DNA of 64,000 bases, taken from assembly GCA_963819375.1 (NCBI GenBank), contig CAWFVU010000010.1, positions 69,652 through 133,651 on the forward strand, given 5' to 3'. Positions 9,758 through 18,536 of the stretch are shown here, in pieces. Position 1 is the first letter of the stretch. Each line of letters begins with the position of its first letter. A program made the translations under genes and the position numbers. The notes under the pieces are model-generated. The model searched no databases. It was not told the DNA's origin and worked only from the letters and a program-made list of their open reading frames with translations. The stretch comes from an uncultured Pseudomonadota bacterium. GTDB taxonomy: Bacteria > Myxococcota_A > Polyangia > Fen-1088.

Positions 9758-12700
9758 ATGGGCTACATCCGCGCTCGTTTAACTTCGTTCTCGCTTTCGC
9801 TTCCACTGCTGGCCGTCGTCGGCTTCACCGTCGGTTGCGGTGACAACGCACCCGGGCAGACGGGCACCGGCGGCTCCGGCGGCATCAACACCGGGAGCGG
9901 CGGCAGCGCGGGAACCGGCGGTCCCACCGACGGCGGAAGCGGCGGCGTGGGTGGCAGCCCAACGGACGGCGGAGCGGGCGGTGTGGGGGGCGGAACGGGC
10001 GGTGTGGGGGGCGGAACGGGTGGTGTCGGCGGTAAAGGCGGCGGCACGGGCGGTGTGGGCGGCAAGGGCGGTGTCGGCGGCGGTACCGGCGGAATCGGTG
10101 GCGGCGTCGGCACTGGCGGTGTCGGTGGCACCGGCGGCACGACGGCCTGCTACACGACCGCGTTCACCGCGCCGACATCAGGTGCGTTGCTGACGGTCGC
10201 TGACGACAGCAACCACACCTGCGCCGACGGATTCCAATACACAGTCACCATTACCTCCGGCGCGCCGAACGGGACCGACGTGACCCTTTATGACGGCACC
10301 TCGCTGCTCCAGACCGTCAAGGTCAACGGCGGCACGGCGTCCTTCGCGGTTCAACTCGCGACCAGCGGCACGGCTCAGCAGCTGTCGATCCAGTACCCGA
10401 GCACGGCGGCCTGCAACGTCATCGAAAACGTGACGGTGAGCTGCCCGAACAGCCCGCCCACCTGCACGATCAGCGCGCCGGTGATCAGCGCGACGCACCC
10501 GGATCTGAACGGCGTCCCCACGCCCCAGGGCGATCGCTCGAGCTCGGGCGGGTCGCCTTACCAGGCGACCTTCGTCGTCAGCACCAGCGCCGAGGACGGC
10601 CAGACCGTCACGCTGGCGGTCGACAACGCCGCCGCGCCGGGCACTCCCGTCGACGGCACGCCCACGGCCCCCGTCTCGGGCGGCAGCGCCAGCTTCGGGC
10701 TGGCGCTGGTCCCCGACGGGACGTACGAGGTGGTCGCGACCTGCCTCAACAAAGAGGGAATCACCGGCACCTCGACGAAGAGCAGCTTCACCGTCGACAC
10801 CACGCCGCCTGTCCTGGCCGTGAACAGTCCGACCGCGGGGCAGTTCGTCGTCGGCGGAACGGTCAACGCCTGCGCCCAGACGAGCTCGAGCGACGCCGCC
10901 AGCTTGGCGGGCTCGCTCGGCAGCGCCCGGAACAACCTCTGCGTCACGCTCGGCTCGTCGGCGACGCCTTCGTGTGTCGCGATCAGCGCCGTCAATACCT
11001 CGACATGCGTGAGCCTCGCCTGCCCGGGCGCCGCGCCGTTCAGCCTGACCTTCACGCTGAATGACGCCGCCGGCAACCCGACGACCCAGACGGTCACGGG
11101 CGTCACCTGCGCCTCCTCGCTGCCGGCGGTTCAGATCGTGGCGCCCGCGTCAGACGCGCCGACGTTCACCGATTCGAGCAAGCACATTCTGGCCGCGAAC
11201 GCCCCCGTCGGGCTCCGCGACGAGGATGGCAGCACGCCCGGCGCTCAGGCTGACGTCGTCGCTTGCACCGACACCGCGGGGACGGCGACGCTGTTCGTGG
11301 GCCACAAGGGCGACAGCAGCCTGGCCCAGCTGGGGAGCGCCATCCTCACGACTGCCGCCGCGGCCGGCGACAACTGCCCGAGCGGGTCTGGCTTCGTGGC
11401 GCGCTTCGCCGGCGTGACGCTGCCCGAGAGCACCGAGAACGCCGACGGCACGCTGGCCGCCGCGACCGAGCTGCAGGTCTCCATCACCTCGGCCACCAAC
11501 GGCGCCGACACCGGCACCAGCCAGCCCGATGACGTCTGGGTCGACACCGTCGCGCCGAGCCTGGCGTTCGCGTCGCCCGCGGGCCTGTGCGGCAGCTTTA
11601 CCCAGTCGGCGACCACGGTGACCGAGGACGTCGCTTACACCGCCGACGACAAGCTGGTCGTCGCGGACGTGACCAACAACGGCGTCACCACCACCTACGA
11701 CACGCCGGCCTACGTCGGCGGCGTCGCCACCTTCGGCAGCGTCGCCTTCGCCGAGGGGCAGAACGCCCTGGTCGCGACCGAGAGCGATCCGGCCGGCAAC
11801 GCGACCGTGCTGGCGACCTGCACCGTGACCATCGGCTCGGCGCCGGTGGTGACGTTCACGACGCCGACCGCAGGGGCGGTCCTCTGCCCGTCGACGTCGA
11901 CCGACCCGAGTTGCATCAAGGACACCGACCCGAGCACGCCGGGCTGGCAGGGGAACCTGGCGGTCACCGTGACGGCCAGCGGCGCGCCGGTGAATGGCAG
12001 CCAGATCACCTTCAGTGACGGCGCCACGACTTTCGGCAGCGCCCTGACGGACGCGACCGGCCACGCCCAGTTCAACGGCGTCACGATCCCCGAGGGGACC
12101 CAGACCATCCTCGCCACGACCGACAACGTGCCGGGCGCGGGCGTGGGGAGTGGCACGGTGACGGTGACGGTGGATACAGGGACACCGAACCCGCCGACGG
12201 GATTGAACGTGACGATCCCGCCAAACCTACGGCGCCAGACGACGATGCAGTTGACCTGGACGGCGCCCAGCGATTCGAGCGGCGCCAACGTGAGCGGTTA
12301 CCAGATCCGCTACGCCAAGGTGGCGATCACCGCTGCCAACTTCAACGATCCCACCGTGACCGTCGCGGTGCCTTACGTCGCCAAACCGGCGAACCAAGGA
12401 CAACTCGACGGAATCAACGTCAGCAGCCTCTACATCGAGAATGGGTACTTCTTCGCGGTCGAGGCGACCAACGTGGCGGGAACCGCGAGCTCCATGGTGA
12501 CGACGCCGACGGCGACGACGGCGCACTTCCTGTCGATGGTCCTGCCCGGCGTCGGGACGGACGGGGTGGGGCAGGACCTGGACGGTTCCGGTGACTTCGG
12601 AACCGCGAACGGACTGGGCTTTGCGGCTGACGGGTTCTCCGACCTCATCGTCGGTGCCGACAATGGAACTCACGTCTACGTCTACTTCGGGACCGCGGCC

Positions 12701-13885
12701 GGCTACTCGGCGACGCCCTCGATTACGATCACCGGATCGACTGCAGACTTCGGACAGGCAGTCGTCAATGCAGGAGATCTCGACGGCGATGGTCTGGCGG
12801 ACATCGCGATCGCCTCGCCCAACGAGGGCGGTGGAAAGGTTTACATCTTCAGCCGCAAGAATCCGCCCGTCTCCTGGGGGACGACCAACAGCTGGCCGGC
12901 GACGTTGACGGACACCCAGGCGAACTACGTATTGACCGCTGCCCCGACGTTCGCTGGGGGCGCCGGCTCGATTCAACCCGTCGGCATGGCGCGGCTCGGC
13001 AACTTCGACGGAACGGGCTCGGATGATCTGGCGATCGGGTTCGCTCTCAGCAACGGATTCAAGGGGAGCCTCCTCGTCGTGAAGGGGGGCGCGAGCTTCG
13101 CCTCGCAGACGATCCCGGGAGCGGGAACGATCGAGATCGACGGGACGGCCGCGAGCGGGTTCTTTGGTCTCGCCACCGTCGGAATCGGTCAGTTCTTCCC
13201 GTCGCCAAACGGACCGGTGCTCGTGACGACGGCGGCTGGCGCGAGCGCAATCTACGCATTCGCGGGGCAGTCACCAGCTGGCGTCCTCACCGCAGCGGGG
13301 GCCAACGACTCAGTGGTGGGCCCGGCCGCTGACTTCTATGGGTTCAACCTCGGATACCTGGGATCGATCGGCGGCTCTGCAGGCGCGGTCACCGTCGGAG
13401 CGCCAGACGCCGCGCCTGCTTACGTCGACGTCGATCTCGGGACCGCTGTGACCGGACCTTTGCTGGGCGTGGCCGGTGGCGCTCCCGCCGCCTCCTTCCG
13501 GCTGAGCGACACGGCTGCTGGAAACTCCTTCGGAGTCGTGAACCTGGGAAGCGGTGTCAGAGGGACCTCGCAGACGTTGTCGCTCGTCGGCGGCGATGCA
13601 GCACCGGATCTCATCGTCGGTGGTCAGTCCGAGCCTGGAAATCCGGTCTACATCGTGAACGGCGCCGCGATGCCCTCACTCTCGGGGAACGTCGATGTCT
13701 CGGGCGCTCAACTGCAGCTGGGTCTGGTACCGACCGTGGTCAAGGTCACGGGGCAGATCCCGTCCGACTGGCGCGGCTACGGTGGATCGGGGCTGATTTC
13801 CGATTCCAACGGCGACGGACAACCCGACTTCGCGCTGGGCGAGTTCGCCCTTGGCCAGGTCGGAAGGGTGGTCGTCTTCTACTAA
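9758..13885 (+). CDS. large lipoprotein with Gly-rich linker, Ig-like/FN3 regions and C-terminal FG-GAP (integrin-alpha-like) repeats
   Basis: Lipobox VGFTVGC. About 90-aa GGxGG linker. FN3-like LTWTAPSDSSGANVSGYQIRY. FG-GAP motifs DLDGSGDFG..., DGFSDLIVGA, GDLDGDGLADIAIASP. Confidence 0.8.
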   Translation: MGYIRARLTSFSLSLPLLAVVGFTVGCGDNAPGQTGTGGSGGINTGSGGSAGTGGPTDGGSGGVGGSPTDGGAGGVGGGTGGVGGGTGGVGGKGGGTGGVGGKGGVGGGTGGIGGGVGTGGVGGTGGTTACYTTAFTAPTSGALLTVADDSNHTCADGFQYTVTITSGAPNGTDVTLYDGTSLLQTVKVNGGTASFAVQLATSGTAQQLSIQYPSTAACNVIENVTVSCPNSPPTCTISAPVISATHPDLNGVPTPQGDRSSSGGSPYQATFVVSTSAEDGQTVTLAVDNAAAPGTPVDGTPTAPVSGGSASFGLALVPDGTYEVVATCLNKEGITGTSTKSSFTVDTTPPVLAVNSPTAGQFVVGGTVNACAQTSSSDAASLAGSLGSARNNLCVTLGSSATPSCVAISAVNTSTCVSLACPGAAPFSLTFTLNDAAGNPTTQTVTGVTCASSLPAVQIVAPASDAPTFTDSSKHILAANAPVGLRDEDGSTPGAQADVVACTDTAGTATLFVGHKGDSSLAQLGSAILTTAAAAGDNCPSGSGFVARFAGVTLPESTENADGTLAAATELQVSITSATNGADTGTSQPDDVWVDTVAPSLAFASPAGLCGSFTQSATTVTEDVAYTADDKLVVADVTNNGVTTTYDTPAYVGGVATFGSVAFAEGQNALVATESDPAGNATVLATCTVTIGSAPVVTFTTPTAGAVLCPSTSTDPSCIKDTDPSTPGWQGNLAVTVTASGAPVNGSQITFSDGATTFGSALTDATGHAQFNGVTIPEGTQTILATTDNVPGAGVGSGTVTVTVDTGTPNPPTGLNVTIPPNLRRQTTMQLTWTAPSDSSGANVSGYQIRYAKVAITAANFNDPTVTVAVPYVAKPANQGQLDGINVSSLYIENGYFFAVEATNVAGTASSMVTTPTATTAHFLSMVLPGVGTDGVGQDLDGSGDFGTANGLGFAADGFSDLIVGADNGTHVYVYFGTAAGYSATPSITITGSTADFGQAVVNAGDLDGDGLADIAIASPNEGGGKVYIFSRKNPPVSWGTTNSWPATLTDTQANYVLTAAPTFAGGAGSIQPVGMARLGNFDGTGSDDLAIGFALSNGFKGSLLVVKGGASFASQTIPGAGTIEIDGTAASGFFGLATVGIGQFFPSPNGPVLVTTAAGASAIYAFAGQSPAGVLTAAGANDSVVGPAADFYGFNLGYLGSIGGSAGAVTVGAPDAAPAYVDVDLGTAVTGPLLGVAGGAPAASFRLSDTAAGNSFGVVNLGSGVRGTSQTLSLVGGDAAPDLIVGGQSEPGNPVYIVNGAAMPSLSGNVDVSGAQLQLGLVPTVVKVTGQIPSDWRGYGGSGLISDSNGDGQPDFALGEFALGQVGRVVVFY
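9868..10140 (+). repeat. imperfect tandem Gly-codon repeats (approx 21-nt units ggcggaacgggcggtgtgggg)
   Basis: Direct reading of repeated GGTGGVGG-coding units inside the 9758..13885 linker. Confidence 0.7.
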
Positions 13886-13954
13886 AGGTGGTAAACGACC
13901 TTTTTGCCGATTCCCGCAATCGAAAAATCATCGAGAATCAAGAGGGGTGCGCCC

Positions 13955-15994
13955 ATGGGAAGGTCGTTGCAGTCTCGATTTCTGTCGCTGTTAGCAATTC
14001 TCGTCGTTGGCGGATGCGGAGGCGATAACGGCGGCTCCGGTGGTCATGCGGGAGGCGCGGGCACGGGCTCCGGCGGTCATGCGGGCTCCGGCGGTCATGC
14101 AGGGAGCGCGGGCAGCGGCGCCGGCGGTCTTGCGGGGAGCGCGGGCGGCGGTTCTGGCGGTCATGCGGGGAGCGCGGGCAGCGGCGCCGGCGGTCTTGCG
14201 GGGAGCGCGGGCGGCGCCGCCGGCGGTCATGCAGGGAGCGCGGGCGGTGGAATCGCTGGCCAGGGCGGAGGCGCCGGGAAATCCGAAACCGACGGCGGCA
14301 CCGACGCGGCGGTTCCGCTCGACCTGACCGCCGTCGTTCTGGATCGGCGTCAAACCTCCTTCAGCCTCACCTGGCCCGCACCGGCGACCGGCACGGGCGG
14401 GACCGTCGCCGGCTACGACATTCGGGTCGCCAAGGTTCCGATCACGACCGGCAATTTCGACGACGCCTCCGTGACCTTGACCGTCGCATACACAGGCGTG
14501 CCCGCGGCGCCTGGCAAGCTCGACGGAATGGTCGTCAAGAACCTTAACATCGAGCAGGTCTACTACTTTGCCATCGTGGGCAAGGATGGCTCCGGGACGC
14601 GTGGGACCATCATGGCCACCGCCGTCGCCGTCGAAGCGCAGTTCTTGACGACCACGCTCTCTGGAACGAGCACCGACGGAATAGGGCAGGATCTCGACGG
14701 TTCCGGGGACTTCGGAACGGCGGGAAGCCTGAGCTTCACGGCGGACGGGTTCTCCGATCTGATTGTCGGCGCTGACGGCGGCAATCATGTCTACATCTAC
14801 TTCGGCACGGCAGCTGGGTACGTCTCGACACCCTCGATCACGATCACGGGGACGGTCGCCGACTTTGGCCAGGCCGTCGTTAACGCGGGCGACCTGGATG
14901 GAGACGGGCTTGCCGATATCGCGATCGCGTCGCCGAACGATGGGGGCGGCGGGAAGATCTACGTCTTCAGTCGCAAGAACCCGCCCTCCTCCTGGGGAAC
15001 GACGAACAGTTGGCCCGCGGCGCTGACCGATACGCAGGCGAACTACGTGCTGACCGCCGACGGGACATTTGCCGGCGGAGTAGGCTCGATCCAGGCAGTG
15101 GGAATGGCGCGGCTCGGGAACTTCGACGGAAGCGGCTCCGACGATCTGGCGATCGGCTTCGCCCTCGCCAAGGCGAACGCCGGGAGTCTCCTCATCGTGA
15201 AGGGCAGCAGCGCGTTTGCGTCAGGGACGATCCCCGGCAGCGCGACCATCGAAATTGACGGGACGGTCGCGAGCGGGTTCCTGGGCCTGACGACGATCGG
15301 CATCGGCCAGTTCTTCCCCAGCCCTGCCGGGGCGTCTGTGGTCACGTCGGCGCCTGGCGCGAGCGCAATCTACGCGTTCGCGGGACAGGCCCCGGCGGGT
15401 GTGTTGACGGCGGGCGGGGCGAACGACTCGACGGTTACTGCCGCCGCTGACTTCTACGGATTCGATCTTGGATTCCTGGGGTCGATCGGAGGTCCGGGCG
15501 CCGTGTCAGTCGCTGCGACCTCTGCAACGCCGCCGTTCGTGGACGTCAACTTGGGTACCGCGTCGATGGGACCGCTCCTGGGCGCATCCGGAAGCGCGCC
15601 GGCTCCCACCGTGCGGTTGGAGGACACCACGGCGGGCAACTCGTTCGGCGTCGTGAATCTTGGCGGAGGCGTCAAGGGGACTTCGCAAGGTGTCTCGTTC
15701 ATCGGAGGCGATACGGTTCCGGATTTCGTGGTGGCCGGACAGTCCGAAGCGGGCAACCCAATCTACATCGTGAACGGGAGCGCCCTCTCGTCGATGTCGG
15801 GAGTCGTCGACGTCGCTGCTGCTCAACCGGCCGTCGTCCCGTCAATCGTCAAGGCCCCGAATCACTTCCCGGGTAATTGGGAAGGCTATGGGGGGATGAG
15901 CGTCATCATCGACTCCAACAAGGATGGATACGCCGACTTCGCCATCGGCGAGTTTGCGCCCGGCAAGGTTGGACGAGTCGTCGTATTTTATTGA
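13955..15994 (+). CDS. FG-GAP/FN3 lipoprotein, paralog of the C-terminal ~570 aa of the upstream gene
   Basis: ATG at 13955 with agagggg RBS. Lipobox LVVGGC. GGHAGSAG repeat linker. Long stretches identical to the upstream protein (e.g. ADFGQAVVNAGDLDGDGLADIAIASPN, GRVVVFY end). Confidence 0.8.
   Translation: MGRSLQSRFLSLLAILVVGGCGGDNGGSGGHAGGAGTGSGGHAGSGGHAGSAGSGAGGLAGSAGGGSGGHAGSAGSGAGGLAGSAGGAAGGHAGSAGGGIAGQGGGAGKSETDGGTDAAVPLDLTAVVLDRRQTSFSLTWPAPATGTGGTVAGYDIRVAKVPITTGNFDDASVTLTVAYTGVPAAPGKLDGMVVKNLNIEQVYYFAIVGKDGSGTRGTIMATAVAVEAQFLTTTLSGTSTDGIGQDLDGSGDFGTAGSLSFTADGFSDLIVGADGGNHVYIYFGTAAGYVSTPSITITGTVADFGQAVVNAGDLDGDGLADIAIASPNDGGGGKIYVFSRKNPPSSWGTTNSWPAALTDTQANYVLTADGTFAGGVGSIQAVGMARLGNFDGSGSDDLAIGFALAKANAGSLLIVKGSSAFASGTIPGSATIEIDGTVASGFLGLTTIGIGQFFPSPAGASVVTSAPGASAIYAFAGQAPAGVLTAGGANDSTVTAAADFYGFDLGFLGSIGGPGAVSVAATSATPPFVDVNLGTASMGPLLGASGSAPAPTVRLEDTTAGNSFGVVNLGGGVKGTSQGVSFIGGDTVPDFVVAGQSEAGNPIYIVNGSALSSMSGVVDVAAAQPAVVPSIVKAPNHFPGNWEGYGGMSVIIDSNKDGYADFAIGEFAPGKVGRVVVFY
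14030..14250 (+). repeat. tandem repeat in coding linker (two full 66-nt units at 14090-14155 and 14156-14221, flanked by partial and 18-nt units)
   Basis: The unit ggcggtcatgc(a/g)gggagcgcgggcagcggcgccggcggtcttgcggggagcgcgggcggcg... is repeated head to tail and encodes GGHAGSAGSGAGGLAGSAGG. Confidence 0.8.
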
Positions 15995-16009
15995 TAGCTC
16001 TCGCCCCTT

Positions 16010-16037
16010 CCGGTCTGGCGCCAGGTTGAAAGACCGG
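16010..16037 (+). terminator. weak hairpin downstream of the second FG-GAP gene
   Basis: ccggtct (14-nt loop) agaccgg followed by acgctcttt. Lies in the 57-nt gap before the lasso cyclase gene. Confidence 0.3.
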
Positions 16038-16051
16038 ACGCTCTTTCGACT

Positions 16052-17929
16052 GTGTTCATCTTTGGATTAGCCGCCGCTTTCGTCGACGGCGTGCCCGTCC
16101 GAGGAACTGTCCGGCGCCTCTTCGGGGGGGGGCCAGCCATTCCGTCCGACGGCACCAAGTTCGCCGAGTCCCCTCACGGCGCAGCCGGTCTGAGCCGATG
16201 GGCCGTGGTCCGGCGCGATGAGCAGGCGGAGCCGTCGTGGGATGCCGCCCGCGGGCTCCTGTTCTGCGGCGACGTGCGTCTTTACAACCGTCCCGAGCTG
16301 CTCGCCGAGCTGGAGATATCCGCGTCAGAACGAGACTGCCCCGATCTCGAGCTCGCGAGGCGCGCCTTTTTGCGGTGGGGTCAGGAAAGTCCATGCCATC
16401 TGGTCGGAGACTTTGCCTTCGCCGCCTGGGACGACGCGCGGCGAACACTGTTCGCCGCACGCGATCATCTGGGGACCCGGCCCCTGTTTCTTCGAAAGAC
16501 GCCGGAGGGGATGGTGGTGGCGTCGCAGCTGCACCAGCTCATGCCGCTGCTGAACGATCCGTTGGACGAGCTGGACGCGGCTCAAATTCTGGATCTGCTG
16601 GCCGAGCATGTGTCCGATCCCAGACGCACGTTGTTTCGAGGTTTCGTTCGCCTTCGGCCAGGCCACCGTTTGGTCGCGACTGCGCGTGACATGGTCGAGA
16701 GTCGGTACTGGATGCCGCCGGTGACGCCCGATACCTCTTTTTCGTACGACGAGAACTGTGTACGCCTCCGGGGCCTGTTTCGGAGGGCGGTGCGCGATCG
16801 GCTCGAGTCCGACCATCCCATCGTGGCCCATTCGAGTGGCGGCTTCGACTCGAGCACCATCCTCATGGCCGCGGATGAGGTCTATCGATCCGAACCCGGC
16901 CGCGCACCGCTGGTCATGGTCTCCGCCCTGGCGCCCGGGTTCGCCTGCGACGAGTCGAACTACATGGACGCCGTCGCGTCGCGCGTTTCGTTCGAGGGGC
17001 TTCGCTGGAACATCGTCGAGGAGACCTCTTCATCGTTCCCTGGCGTCTTCCGGGGTGCGCCCAATATCCGGATCGGGTTGGCCGGGGGCCCTCGGCGTGA
17101 CCTGGAGATTGCACGGCAGAAGGGCGCCCGCATCCTCGTCTCGGGATTCATGGGAGACGAGGTCTGGTACGCTGGAGGTGTCCTGCGCGACTTTGTACGC
17201 CGTGGGCGGCTGGACATCGTGCTTCGCCACGTGCATCGCGCGGGGCTCGGCTTCTCGGCGCTTCGGCACACCATCGATTGGGGACTCGGCATCCTCAATC
17301 CGGCCCACTCTCCAACGATCGCCCATCGGCTTGATGCTGGCTTTGCGCCGCTCCCCGAGTGGATGGGTCCGCGCCTGCGAGAGATCTATCCTCCTGCCGC
17401 GGAGCTGCTCGATCTCCCCTCGGTCGATTGGTCCTCACACCTCCTGGCGTCTCTCTGGGCGCGGCTCACCCGCCCGCGCACGGGAGCGCAGGTTGAAATG
17501 ATGACGGACTACGGGAGCGAGGACGGTCTCGAGGTGCGCCTGCCGCACGCGGACATTCGACTGATCGAGTGCGTCATGGCACTCCCCTGGCTGCAACGGG
17601 ATCCGCGGGGGCATCACCGGCGCACGGGGCGGGACGCTCTCGGTCCGCTCCTTCCGCCCGAGTTCGCGGGTCGCCGGGGCCAGAAACCCTGGACCGACGT
17701 CTGGAACGCCACGGCGCGACGCACTGTTCCGGCCTTGGCCCCTTTCTTTCGGAAGGGTCCCTGGGCGAGCTCCCCCTTCGTGGATCGCGGGATCGCACGC
17801 GCGATGTTCGAGACCGCGCTGAATGGTGGTGCCACGTTCCCAGCACAGAGCCTCCCCACGGTTCTGGCGCTTGGGGGTCTTGAGGCTTGGCTTCGCGAGG
17901 TTTTCAATTACAATACCTCCCGGAGCTGA
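16052..17929 (+). CDS. lasso peptide isopeptide bond-forming cyclase (asparagine synthetase B homolog, C protein)
   Basis: GTG start. AsnB-like core HLVGDFAFAAWDDARRTLFAARDHLGTRPLF and PP-loop SSGGFDSS. No N-terminal Cys nucleophile (starts VFIFGL). Immediately followed by a precursor-like ORF and a B2 peptidase. Confidence 0.85.
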   Translation: MFIFGLAAAFVDGVPVRGTVRRLFGGGPAIPSDGTKFAESPHGAAGLSRWAVVRRDEQAEPSWDAARGLLFCGDVRLYNRPELLAELEISASERDCPDLELARRAFLRWGQESPCHLVGDFAFAAWDDARRTLFAARDHLGTRPLFLRKTPEGMVVASQLHQLMPLLNDPLDELDAAQILDLLAEHVSDPRRTLFRGFVRLRPGHRLVATARDMVESRYWMPPVTPDTSFSYDENCVRLRGLFRRAVRDRLESDHPIVAHSSGGFDSSTILMAADEVYRSEPGRAPLVMVSALAPGFACDESNYMDAVASRVSFEGLRWNIVEETSSSFPGVFRGAPNIRIGLAGGPRRDLEIARQKGARILVSGFMGDEVWYAGGVLRDFVRRGRLDIVLRHVHRAGLGFSALRHTIDWGLGILNPAHSPTIAHRLDAGFAPLPEWMGPRLREIYPPAAELLDLPSVDWSSHLLASLWARLTRPRTGAQVEMMTDYGSEDGLEVRLPHADIRLIECVMALPWLQRDPRGHHRRTGRDALGPLLPPEFAGRRGQKPWTDVWNATARRTVPALAPFFRKGPWASSPFVDRGIARAMFETALNGGATFPAQSLPTVLALGGLEAWLREVFNYNTSRS

Positions 17930-17933
17930 CCAG

Positions 17934-18125
17934 ATGAGCGATCCAAAGAGTGGAAAAGGCGAAGTCCCGGCGGGGTCGGTGGGTGACGGTATTGGCTCGC
18001 CGGCTTCGCGATATGAAGCGCCGACGTTGACTCTGGTCGGGAACGCGAGAGATCTACTCGCCGGCGGCTCCGGGACCTCCCCGGACGCCAACCCGACCAT
18101 CAAACCAACTTTCGCTGGCGGCTGA
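17934..18125 (+). CDS. candidate lasso peptide precursor (63 aa; predicted core GGSGTSPDANPTIKPTFAGG)
   Basis: ATG 8 nt after a GGAG, 4 nt after the cyclase stop. The leader ...SRYEAPTLTLVGNARDLLA fits the lasso leader spacing Y-17, P-14, L-12, G-8. The core starts with Gly and has its only acidic residue at position 8. Confidence 0.6.
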   Translation: MSDPKSGKGEVPAGSVGDGIGSPASRYEAPTLTLVGNARDLLAGGSGTSPDANPTIKPTFAGG

Positions 18126-18137
18126 GACAACGGGCGG

Positions 18138-18536
18138 TTGTTCGGGGCCATGCCCTCCTTCGCTTTGAGAGGCGCATCGGAGTTCGTCCGGGACCTGTGG
18201 GGCGCGGTCCGTATGGTCCCTCTGGTCGATCGATGGAGAAGGGACCTGAGCCTCCATCGGGCGGTGGCCGTGGCCCGGAGCGGGGGCCTTGAGCGTGGGG
18301 TGCGCCCGCCGGCTGCGCGCAGACGGCTGAGGCGGGTGATTGGCGCGGTCGATCGGCGGTTGCCGGGCGGCCGGAACTGCGTGCGGCGGGCGCTGATCGA
18401 GATTGCGCTCGACGGAGGCGCTGCGCGCGAGCGGTTCTTCGCTGGTCTGCAGACGGGTGGCGGGCCCGGGTCCGGCCACGCCTGGCTGGAGTCCGATCCA
18501 GCGACCGAGCGCTACGACGCGGTCATCGCGATCTGA
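18138..18536 (+). CDS. lasso peptide biosynthesis B2 protein (transglutaminase-like leader peptidase)
   Basis: Small Arg-rich protein with Cys in GRNCVRRALIE and His in GHAWLE, the pattern of lasso B2 proteases. TTG at 18138 or ATG at 18150. Confidence 0.8.
   Translation: MFGAMPSFALRGASEFVRDLWGAVRMVPLVDRWRRDLSLHRAVAVARSGGLERGVRPPAARRRLRRVIGAVDRRLPGGRNCVRRALIEIALDGGAARERFFAGLQTGGGPGSGHAWLESDPATERYDAVIAI

Noticed and set aside
9868-10140. Possible CRISPR array or other non-coding repeat in the Gly-codon repeat regions (also 14030-14250).
   Set aside because: The repeats are in frame within long ORFs, lack unique spacers of constant length, and encode Gly-rich linkers directly after lipoprotein signal peptides.
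13904-13954. The upstream start (13904) for the second FG-GAP gene.
   Set aside because: The ATG at 13955 has a purine-rich RBS and immediately yields a lipoprotein signal peptide. The extra 17 residues add nothing recognisable.
9758-15994. Including the FG-GAP lipoprotein pair as part of the lasso/RiPP locus.
   Set aside because: This is only adjacency. A hairpin and a 57-nt gap separate the two, and there is no known functional link. I kept them as a separate observation.
16017-16032. Sigma-54 promoter candidates, given the NtrC-type regulator at 24540..25904: tggcgccaggttgaaa upstream of the lasso cyclase, and tggcagagtccctggc (minus strand, 5191..5209) upstream of the MYXO-CTERM gene.
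   Set aside because: Both have the -24 GG, but neither has the -12 GC at the required 10-nt spacing (TGGCAC-N5-TTGC). They are near-misses only.
16052-17929. Annotating this ORF as a primary-metabolism asparagine synthetase (asnB).
   Set aside because: It has no N-terminal Cys nucleophile for the glutaminase domain. It is followed within 4 nt by a leader/core-type small ORF and a B2-type peptidase, which is the context of a lasso cyclase.
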